64,000 nt of DNA, from contig OZ176053.1 in NCBI GenBank assembly GCA_964247055.1, positions 11,966,001 through 12,030,000 of the forward strand, written 5' to 3'. The notes beneath the pieces were generated by a model. It had not been told where the DNA came from, made no database searches, and was given only the letters and a program-made list of their open reading frames with translations. Position 1 is the stretch's first letter. Every line of letters starts with the position of its first letter. This DNA comes from Paragordius varius (Eukaryota > Animalia > Nematomorpha). Made by a program: the position numbers and the translations under genes. Shown piece by piece: positions 26,301 through 38,300 of the stretch.

Positions 26301-29300
26301 AAACCAGTTTTAGTCCAACTTTAATATTTTACTTTTTATTTGTAGGTGAAACTACACCTACTACAAAGTCAACCTCGCCAGGAGAAACAACACCAACTAC
26401 AAAATCTACTTCTCCAGGTATGCAACATAAAATATTTTATAATCCATAAAACATAAATTTAGAATTAAAATGGAGAATTAATTAAGTTTTTATGAGATTC
26501 ATGCGGAATTATCTCAGTAAATAAAAGTTGAGCTATTTTTACAAATAACACAGAGTGCTTAATTTTAGTGTCAAAATTGAATGAATTATGATAGGTACTA
26601 ACATTAGGTATCCAATGGTATTTAAAATTATAAGATGATAAAAATTTTAAAAAATTAAAAAATTTGTTTTAAAATCCAATAATAAAGGTGAAACAACGCC
26701 AACCACAAAATCTACCTCTCCAGGTGAGACAACACCGACTACAAAATCAACCTCGCCAGGTTTTTAAATAAAAATTAATAATTTTTCAAATTTTTTAATT
26801 TAATCGATTGTAGGTTATTGAGTAAAATATATTTATTTAAAGCATCGCTCTAATGTATTTATTATAATTTGTAATAAAGGAGAAACCACACCAACAACTG
26901 AACCGAAAGAAACCCAACCAACATCAAAATCTACTTCACCAGGTTTATTTTAGCACTTTTTTTTTAAATTTCATATAAAACATTATCAATCAATTTTGTA
27001 AATTATATTTAATTTAATATTCCGTATTAAAGGTGAAACAACTGGAACGACAAAATCAACTTCTCCTGATGAAACTACGCCTACGACTAAATCAACCTCT
27101 CCAGGTGTTTTGATATAATTTTTAATAAAATTTTCTTAGTGATATACAAGCAAACCTTTTTTGTGTAAACTTTATTTGTGAGAGGATGCTAATTTAAAAA
27201 TAATATATTCCGATAACACTGTCATATCAGTCAGTTTTTTTATAGTGTAAATATGAGAATCAGCTTTGTTTTTTTCTGAAAAAAATGTTTTTTGGCTTCA
27301 AGCCCAAAACCCTAAACATACGAAAAATAATTACTATCGATACAGAAAATGTAAATGGGTCTAATTTTGATTTGCAAAACACATGATAATATCAACAATA
27401 AATCCGAACAATACTAAAATATATAATGATAAATGCGATTTCTTTCACAATTATAGCAATATAAATAAAAAATATGACATATCGATTTAATTCATATTTA
27501 TTTTGCAAATAATTAGCTTGTTGCATTTATATATTTCATTCGAGAAAGAAGATACCGCTTTTTTGATTATTAATATACCAAATACTTTTTACTGTTTTTC
27601 CTAATTTTATTTATATTACTATCGATTTCGTACATCCTATATTGTTTGTAGAAGATAACTATTAAATGTACCTAATAATTTCCATCTTCTATATTTCTTC
27701 ATTAAACTATTCAAAATTGCATTGTTAATAGTTTTACATAGTTAAAAAAACCATAAATTTAACCAACGTTAAAATGTATGTGATATAAAAGTGTTATGAC
27801 GAATACAAATAAATTAAAAGCGAAATATATTTCGAAAAATATTACAAATCTAGGTGAAACTACTCCGACAACAAAATCAACTTCTCCGGGAGAAACAACG
27901 GAAACGACAAAATCTACATCACCAGGTAATTTTAGAAGAGTTTATAGACATGTTGCATTTATACTATATGAATTTAAAAAATATATAGTACTTTTTTTAT
28001 TTTAATATTAAAACATGCTAACAAATTGATTTTACGTAAATTTAGGATTGGAATAATCTATTGGAATATTTGATAAATTAAGTTCTACTATAAATTTCAC
28101 ATTGAAATACAAAATTCGACTTTAATCAATTAATTATTTAGGCGAAACAACTCCAACAACTAAATCAACGTCTCCGGGTGAAACTACCCCAACGACAAAG
28201 TCCACATCTCCAGGTACGTTTTGAGGGCGAATTATATAAATATTTTAGCCTGATAACTTTTTAAAATTGGATTACAATTTATATCACAAATGCGCTAAAG
28301 TCTAAAAGAGAATAATCATAATTTGGTAAAAATAAACCATTATGAGAAATATCGCGTTTTATGCTGAAATCTTTCATTATATTGATAAAAGATTTGTGTA
28401 ATTCATAATTTAAGGGCCCAAGTAGCTAAAAAAAGTACATTGAATGTGGTAAATGGTTTAGATATATTGGTCTCTATAAAATTGTACCAAAAAACATCAT
28501 TCAAAAAATGTGGAATTCAATTATTTCCTTATTCTCGTTTTGATTTGTTATAAAATTATTATTATTTGCAGGCGAAACGACCCCAACAACGAAATCAACC
28601 TCTCCAGGTGAAACAACCACGCCTAATGAAAATGATACCACACCGACTACAAAATCTACCTCACCAGGTTTATCAAACGATTTGAAATTATCTTTTATTT
28701 TTTAAACTTTTATTAATTGGTAAATACCATTTACAATTCAAATCACTTCTGATATATGTTTGCCCTCGAAAATTTTATATTCCCCCTTAAATACTTTAAA
28801 TTTACCCTAAAAATTAATATATTATATAACCTGTATTTTTGATTTTAAAATAATGAAAAACTTTGTTTTAGAGTAACATAATCCAGAAAAAAGATAAACT
28901 ATGCCATAAAAAATGTGTCATTCATTAATAAGTAAGATTATGCCAAAAATATATAATTTATTTTGAGAGCGAATTTAAAATAAAAATGATTTTAGATGTT
29001 CAAGGGTGAATTTGGGTATAAATGGAATATCTAACTTAATTTACTAGATGTTTTAATTTAATCTGTTTTTAATATTTACGATTTTATTTATTCCAATTTA
29101 GGCGAAACAACACCAACTACTAAAACAACCTCCCCAGGTATTATGAATATATTTTAATCGTGTGTTTCTTTAAACCATTTAACGTTGAGTTTGCCAGATT
29201 TACAATTTTTTATAAAAAATGGTTAAAGCGTGTGGCCCTAAATAATACATCCCCGATTTAATATCTTAGCTGTACAATTTTTAGATAGTCACATTGTTTG

Positions 29301-32300
29301 GGACGAGTAATACACTAATTGAATTCCATGCCCTTTAATAAAAAATCTAAACTCTAGGCTTTTTACATAATTATATAATTACTTCTTCGTAAAACTTTAG
29401 GAATGTTTTGATTTAATCATAACAAAATTTTTATGAAATTCCACTTTATAATTATTTTCAATGTATATCATCAATAGGTGAAACCACTCCCACTACTAAA
29501 TCAACATCACCTGGTGAAACAACACCTACGACTGAGTCAACTTCACCAGGTTTACGAAAAATAAATTCTAAAATTTTATTTAATGTTTAATATATTATTA
29601 TAATTATATAAATTTAATTTTAGGGGAAACAACTCCTACGACTAAGTCTACTTCTCCAGGTATACCTTTTTTTCATATACCTTTAAAAAGTTTTTTTGCA
29701 ATTTAAATATTATATTTACAACATATTTGGCGTTTTTTGCATGCGTTTGTCAATAATTGCCATTTTAATTTATTTATTTTAATAAATCTATATTTAACAA
29801 TTAGGAGAAACAACGGAAACCACCAAATCCACTTCGCCAGGAGAAACGAATCCTACGACAAAATCCACTTCCCCAGGTAAAAAAATGTGTTCTATTCAAT
29901 AAAACCAACTTTTTTCCGTTTAAAAGCAATATTTTTGGGGGGTAATTAATTCGTTAGTAAAAATTTCAAAAACAAGACCGTTTATTTAACACAACATTAT
30001 TTATATTAAAAAGCAACCAAACTCATATTTGTCCCAAAACGACATTTTTCCATTTATTTACTTAACACTATCTCATTGAAAAATTTATTATGCCAATAAT
30101 TTATTTAAATACAATTGGGAACTTATAGTTACATTAGTTTCAAAAAAATTTGAATTTTGAAAATCAATTGTGTTTATGAAGAGTAATGTTAATTGAATAT
30201 AATTTTTTTGAAAATACCTGTAATATAATTATTACCATGTGTTAACCCACACATCATCATTTTTTCTACATTTATATTATCTTAATAAACTATGAATACA
30301 AATTTATACAAATAATAAAATTCCATAATTAATTCCAATTATATATTTAAATTTTTTAACACCTTTAATCCGATTTGTTAAAAAATTAATATTTTTTTCC
30401 AATAAAAGGTGAAACCACAACAGAACCATCATCAAAGAAAAAACCGGATCAGGCTCCTCAAGATAAAGGAGAAGGAGATGATGAAGATACAACAGTAACT
30501 ACTAAATCAACTTCTCCAGGTAAATATTTAAGCAATTTAAGCTGTTTTAAATTTAACCAAATTTTATATATTTTTTACTAAATAATGTCACTTTAAATCT
30601 TTTATTAAGGAAAATTATATTAACCTATATATAATCTTTTTATTTTCTTTCCCAAAAAGTATGTTGGATTTATAAATTTTGCTAAGTTACCATAATATAT
30701 GCATAATTTTTTAATTAACAGGTGAAACTACCCCAACTACAAAAACTACATCACCCGGGGAAACAACACCTACGACCAAATCTACCTCACCGGGTTAAAA
30801 AGCTATTTTAGTTATTTAGATCTTAAATTTATACATTGTTAAAAAGAACTTAAATATTCTTGGAATAAAAATTTGAAAGATATTAAAATAGCCATAGGTT
30901 ATATTTATTTTTAAATAGAGTGAGCCAGATGGCGTGTGATTTAATAAGTTAAGCGCCGGACTTTACAGAGTGTATGGTACGATAGAGTTTTAACCCTGAT
31001 CAATTTTTTTATCATTACAGTCAGCCCAGAGCTTGCAGGTGTTAAAGCTCTCATATAAATACATAGAGACTATAAATTGTAATTATTAGTAAAAAATTTT
31101 AGCTAATTTTTTACTTTTAGGAGAAACTACTCCAACTACGAAAAGCACATCTCCCGGAGAAACAACACCTACGACTAAATCGACTTCACCAGGTTGATAA
31201 CTTTTACTTATTTAGCCCCAAAAGGCATTCAAAGGGCTCCCTTCTTTGAATTTTAAATTTATCATAGTTTTTGACATATATTACATATACATTACATTTT
31301 GTTTTTTTAAAGGTGAAACTACTCCAACAACAGAAACTACTTCACCAGGAGAAACAACTAAAACAACTTCTCCAGGTAATTTTCTTTATATTTAGCAATT
31401 GGATTGGCAATTGATTATATGGGGGCAGACTATTTAGCTTAAATTAGTTGTAAAATCAAAATGTGGTTCCAGATACTTTTGTAACCATATAAAAACGCAG
31501 ACCGATTCCGAAAATACATTTATTCTTTAATTTAATTTAAGTTAAATTAAAAAATATTTAAATTCTCGAGCAAAAAAAGAATACTAAATATTGTAATTTA
31601 TTTGTTGGCTTTCTTTAAATTTATAAATAAATACCGAAATAACAGAACCCACAAAATAGAAATACTTAAGCGTAAACCATTTATATATCATATTTTTAAA
31701 GAAAAACTTTTCCGAAATCGATTTTACCAAAATTTAAATTTTTAGGTGAAACCACTGAAACAACAAAATCTACTTCCCCGGGCGAAACAACTCCAACTAC
31801 AAAATCAACATCACCAGGTATAACACCAGTTTTTTAATTTCATAGAAAATTTTATGAAAGTAATCAATATCTAAACACTTTTTATTAATATTATCAAATA
31901 TAATTTACTCAAAAAATTTTAGGAGAAACTACACCAACCACAAAATCAACCTCGCCAGGTAAATAATTTGCCTAGTTTAACTATTTAGTAATAGGTTTTC
32001 TAGTACACTAAAAAATGATATTATACGGACAAAACTTGAATATATAAAGACAAATATTTTTTTTCAAAAAGACAACTATACTTTTTTAATCTTGATTTTT
32101 TGTAATACAACTCATTGTTTATTAAACTACAATATATAACATAGAAAGTCAATTGAATTAATTGTATATTTTACGATTGTAGTTAAATCTTTTTTATAGG
32201 ATAAATTAAGTTTTAACAAAGTATGGTTGTCTTTGGAAAAATAAATTTTGTCTTGTTATTTTTACATTTTGTCCGTATTCAATTTTTACGGTAAAACAAC

Positions 32301-35300
32301 AAATTTGATAAAAGCATTATCATAGTATTTCATCATTCGGCAATCTAAAACCATTTACAGTTCAAATTCACCCTTTAACAATTCAAATTCACCCTCGAAC
32401 AATTCAAATTCACCCTTGAACAATTCAAATTCACCTTTGAACAATTCAAATTCACCCTAATTAATATAAAATATATGTTTGTTATAGTTTTTATTTTTTC
32501 AGTATTATTTTAATTTAAAACAAAATTTTTATTTTTTAAAATATATAAAAATATTGGTAATTTTTAATCATAAAAAACATATATTTTATTTGAGGGTGAA
32601 TTTGAATGGGTCAATTTGAATTGTTTAAGGGTGAATTTGAATTGTTTAAGGGTGAATTTGAATTATTCAAGGGTGAATTTGAATTGTTTAAGGGTGAAAT
32701 TGAATTGTAAATGGTATATTTATATAATAAAATTTAGGAGAAACGACACCGACAACTAAAACTACTTCTCCGGGCGAAACAACTCCCACTACAAAATCCA
32801 CATCTCCTGGTATTTAATTATTTTTGTAGCTAATTTTAAGACACAATCAGAAACACCAAAAAATTCATATGAATGGGAATGGATATTTTTACATTTTCAT
32901 GCAAATTAATTAAAGGGAAAAATTATATAAAATTATTTTTTATTTCATAGGAGAAACTACACCAACGACTAAATCGACATCTCCAGGTGAAACAACCAGC
33001 CCTACAACAAAATCAACTTCACCAGGTAATTTTTTTTGAAAAAATATATACTATTGGAAAAAGCAAAGACTAAAATTTGTCCAAAACTAACTTTAATATA
33101 AAATCTTTTTTCATATTTTTAAATTGTTTATAGGGGAAACTACGTCACCTATGGAATCAACTTCGCCAGGAGAAACAACTCCCACGACGAAATCAACTTC
33201 TCCGGGTATGCATTCACTATATATCAAAACAGTAAAAATTAAAATTATACAGGCTGAACGGAAAACATGAAAAAATATATTTTCAAAAAACTTATAATAT
33301 ATAATTATCATTAAATATATAATTAAGTGTGTTACCACATCTCATATACTTATGTTGCATTTTAAACAATGAGTTAGTTACCTTTAAAATAATAAGGTTT
33401 AAAATGTACAGCGGTATTTTGAAAAATATTTGTCTTAATGTTGATACGTTTTATTTGTATAATAATATTAATTTTTACTGTTATTTGTTAAAAATATTGA
33501 ATAAAATAATAATTATTATTAAATGGCAAAATATTATTAACCTAGAGATTTTCAACAATCTATTATATACCATTTACAGTTCAATTCACTCTTAAATAAT
33601 TCAAATTCATCCTTGAACAATTCAAATTCACCCTAAAAATATATTATGTGTTTTCGAACTAAAATAACTTACGGCATAGTTAATTATTTTTTTAGTTTTA
33701 TTAATCTATAGAAATATAGGTAATTTATAATCTAAAAAATATTTTAAAGGTGAATTTGAATTGTTTGAGGGTGAATTTGAATTGTTCAAGGGTGAATTGA
33801 ATTGTTTAAGGGTGAGTTTGAATAAGTGGTATATTATAAATAATGATTGTGTAAATAATAAAGGTGAAGCAACTGAGCCGACGACCCCAAAATTAACTTC
33901 TCCGGGCGAAACAACCCCCACAACCAAATCAACCTCACCAGGTAAATTCCGTCCCTATATAATACAGTAAACATTGAGTACGGACAAAACGTAAAAATAT
34001 ATAGACATATATTTTTTCCTAAAAGACAACCATACTTTTTTAGATCTAAATTTTTCTCATATAAATAAGAATTTTACAATTATAAAATATATATTTGATT
34101 TTGTTACCAGAATACATCTCTATTTACTCCTTTGCAATTTCGAGCAATATTTATTCGAAAAATCGACATTGAAAAAATATGCTTGTCTTTTAAAAAATAT
34201 TTGTCTTTATATTTAGGCCTTGTCCGTATAGTTTCAATTTTTACTGTATAAATTATTAAATATATATTGGATTAAAAAAAATTAAACGCGATCGAACATA
34301 GATGTTTGAAGCGAATATAGGCTACAGATATTTATCCTTGCATCTTTAATCATAGCAATACTATAAAAATTCAATAAAATGGCCTTATTATAAATATGTT
34401 TGAACAGAGTTGTTTTACGAAAAAATCTAAATTTTGAGAAAATAACCTGCCAAACATAAATTTAAATCAAATTTATATCATGTTTTAAACTCTATGGCAT
34501 CATTTAATACATTTAATATGAATTGTTTTTAATTTAAAAAAATAGGCGAAACAACTCCAACTACAAAATCCACGTCCCCAGGAGAGACTACACTAACTAC
34601 GAAATCTACTTCTCCAGGTTTTTGATATATATTTTTTGTCAATTTTTTATTACAAATTCAATTTAAACTTTATTTGAAAGCTGCCCATAAAATTAAATCT
34701 AAATATATACCATTTACAAATCAAATTCACCCTTAAACAATTCAAAATCATCTAAACAATTTAAATTCACCCTTAAACAATTCAAAATCACCCTTGAACA
34801 ATTTAAATTCACCCTAAAAATAAATTATGTGTTTTGGGGTTAAATATAAATTATCATTAATATGAAATATTTTACGACATAGTTTATTTTTTTCAGCTAT
34901 TAAATTTAAACAGAATTTCCTATTTTAAAAATATTAAAAAATAAAGGTAATCTTTAATGTAGAAAAACACATAGTTTATTTTAAGATGAATTTGAAATTC
35001 AAGGGTAAATTTGAATTGTTTAAGGGTGAATTTGAATTGTTTAAGGGTGTATCGAATTGTGAATGGTATATATAAATTAAAGTTTTTGTTTAATTTTAAA
35101 AAAATAGGCGAAACAACTCCAACCACAAAATCAACGTCCCCAGGAGAGACTACGCCAACTACAAAATCCACTTCTCCAGGTTTTTAATATACATTTGATT
35201 TGTGTTAATATTAAATTTAGACTTTAATTTAATAGCTGCCCAAAAAAATTAAATCTAAATATATATTATTTACAATTCAAATTCACCCTTAAACAATTAA

Positions 35301-38300
35301 AATTCACCCTTGAACAATTTAAATTCACCCTAAAAATAAACATGTGTTTTCGGCATAATATAAAACATCATTAATATGAAATATACTTTTACGACATAGT
35401 ATTTTATTTTTCCAGCATTATATTAATTTTAAACAGAATTTCATATTTTAAAAATATTAAAAAATAAAGGTAATTTATAATGTAGAAAAACACATAGTTT
35501 GTTTTAGGGTGAATTTGAAATGTTTGAGGGTAAATTTGAATTGTTTAATTGTGGATTTGAATTGTAAATGGTAAATAATGGTAAATTTATCAACTATTTA
35601 GGAGAAACAACCCCTACAACTCAAAGTACTTCACCTGGTCAAACCACTAAACCAACAAGTATATATTCAATAAATATAAAAAAGTTATAATTATTAGAAA
35701 CTCCAAACATATTTATCTCTAAAATAATCTTATTTAGCTAAGCCTGGTGAAAGCGCTAAACCCGCACAAACTGGACCGAAAAAAGTTTATTAATAATTTG
35801 TTAAAAAATATTTTTTAATATTTTATAGGATTGTTGTAAACCCGTTACACTCAAGATTGGACAAAAAGTATATATATATATACATAATTTCATTTATAAA
35901 TTATAAAAAATATAAAAGATTTAAAAATTTTATATTATTTTTTATAAGGGTGACAGAGGAGAACCTGGTCAACCTGGTAAACCTGGGGAAAAGGGACCTC
36001 AGGTATATTACTCAGAGTTTTATGTATATTAATTCAATATTTTAATGTATATCAAAAAATATTCTGGTATCACAATCTATCATGATAATATTTACAGTAA
36101 AAATTTAAATTATAAATGCCCAACCTAAAAAGTAAAGAAGTTTATTTTTTCGAGCCATATCTTTATACCCTATTTTGCAAACCCAAACGAGTTTTTTTTA
36201 AATTATCAGGCTTATCCTTTTACTGTTTTGTCGTTATGATTTTAATTTTTACTGCAATGTTTAGAATTTTATAAAAAAAAATTAGTCTGGCAAGGTTTTA
36301 TATTATTCGTAAAATTATTAAATTTTAGGGACCACCTGGAGGACGTGGAGAAACAGGCGCACCCGGAAACGTTCGGTTTTTGGACCATTTGGGCCGAATA
36401 GCGGAAATGCAACCCGTAATTAATAGAAAATTTTTTTAGAACAAATTTTTTAGTTGTAAATCATAACTAGCTAACAGAATTGATTTAATCTAAATTTTTA
36501 CGGTTCTACCGTATTATTCTATACTTTTGGGTTATTTTGTACATTTAAATAAAAAAATTTATATATAATTGGAAATCCTACTCAAAACTACGTCTATTAT
36601 TTTGAAAAATTAGCTTTTAATGCGTAAATTTACAAAAATTGGCTCATATTCGAATTAAACGATTCTGTAATTAAACTTTAGTTTAGAAAAAATTTAATAA
36701 TAAGTCAATCATTTTCTGGTTTATTGTCATCCATTCTTTAAGACTTTTTCACTATGAAAAACATCGATATAATAGCCATTTATATATCTATATATATAGG
36801 GGCAAAAAGGTCAAAAAGGTGAGCCCGGTGACGTGTCTGTCATCCAAGTAAAAGGCGAAAGAGGCGATGCAGGCCGTCCAGGAACCCGCGGACCCCGTGG
36901 AAAACCTGGAATCAGAGGTCCTAGAGGACCACCTGGTCCTTATGGAGAGATTGGCATGCCTGGATATCCGGTAGTGTAAAATTTAAATTATGAATTCTTC
37001 TTTTTTTGCAATAAAGTTTTGGGATGAGTTTTAATAAGTTAATTTGTAATAATGGGAAGTTAACTTGATATTACTCAGCAGAGAATACTATAAAGCTTTA
37101 GAGAATTGGAATACGCAGAAATAGGTCATAGATGATATTTATACTATCGTATCTTAAAATACATATCTCTATCGTTGAAAATTCTGCGTTGCAAATTTAT
37201 TTAGAATTTGTTGTTCCGCTTCGAGGTCTGTAAATTGGGTTTTTGCTAGTTTTATTTATATTTGTGCAACTTGTTTTAAAGCAAAATAAACGGAAATTAG
37301 ATAAATTTTTAATTATTTATTTAGGGACCAACGGGCCCTGCAGGACCCCCCGGACCTCCTGGAAGAGGGGTGAGAGGTGAAAAAGGAAGTGTTGGCCCAC
37401 CCGGACCTCCTGGTCCAACTTCTGTCATCAATGCCGTAATTAATTTTTTTATTGACAAATTTATAAATTTATTTACAATAAAAAGTCCTTACAAATGAGA
37501 GATTTTGTAATTTATTTTCAGCCATACCAAGATAAAGGAGAATATATATTTATTAAACAAATATTTCACATTGAAATTTTTTTTTGAAATTATATACAAC
37601 AAGATTTTTTATTAGAGAGGACAACCGTTAACAATTGTACCAGGTCCTCCCGGTCCTATGGGTCCTGAAGGACCTAACGGACCCCCTGGTCCCAAAGGAC
37701 AAGCCGGCCAGCCAGGTTATTTTTAACAAAAATATTTTTATATATAAATTATGGTAATCATAATTGGCAATTTATTGACATAAAGAGTCCTTTAAATATT
37801 ATACCATTTCCCAGTCTAAATAAACGTTTTCCCAGTCAATCGAAACATTTTCCCAGTCAATCGAAACGTTTTCCCAATCAATCGAAACATATTCCCAATC
37901 AATAAAAACATTTTCCCAATCAATAAAAACGTTTTTCCAGTCAATAAAAACGGTTTTATTTTTGATGATAAATATCAAAACAGGAATATAAACAACTTTT
38001 ATCCATTATTAGCGTAATACAATGGAGATAATTTTTAATTAAAATCACAATTATTAATTTATTCTAGTGTACAATCTTAATGACTTATTCTTTAAATGTT
38101 ATATTTTTGGAATTTGAGTTAAAATAATATTTTTTATTTTATCGATGGTTCGAATTAATATTTTAACTTAAAAAATCTATTACGGAGGAATTAAATAAAC
38201 CAATTTTATCACAAACATTTAACACTTCATATTGGATTTTAAACATAAATTTTACCCTAATTTTATAATATTTAACATTTGGTTGGGGGCCTAAGGCGGC

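Larger units (their letters stand above)
25959..35658 (+). repeat. Exon-dispersed coding repeat: ~44 copies of a 12-aa unit [12 protein letters not shown] in 25 mini-exons
   Basis: Exons 25959-26054, 26346-26417, 26688-26759, 26880-26942, 27033-27104, 27854-27925, 28142-28213, 28572-28667, 29102-29137, 29478-29549, 29624-29659, 29805-29876, 30409-30519, 30722-30793, 31121-31192, 31313-31375, 31746-31817, 31923-31958, 32738-32809, 32951-33025, 33134-33205, 33864-33941, 34546-34617, 35108-35179, 35602-35658; each AG|...G|GT, lengths 36-111 nt, all multiples of 3. Confidence 0.92.

Noticed and set aside
32351-32714. Regularly spaced ~21-bp repeats resembling a CRISPR array
   Set aside because: Units are directly adjacent with no unique spacers, occur as inverted arms, and the context is eukaryotic with no cas genes.
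33111-35171. Minus-strand ORFs with [11 protein letters not shown] repeats
   Set aside because: Antisense shadows of the Thr-rich plus-strand exons, which have proper splice sites and conserved frame.
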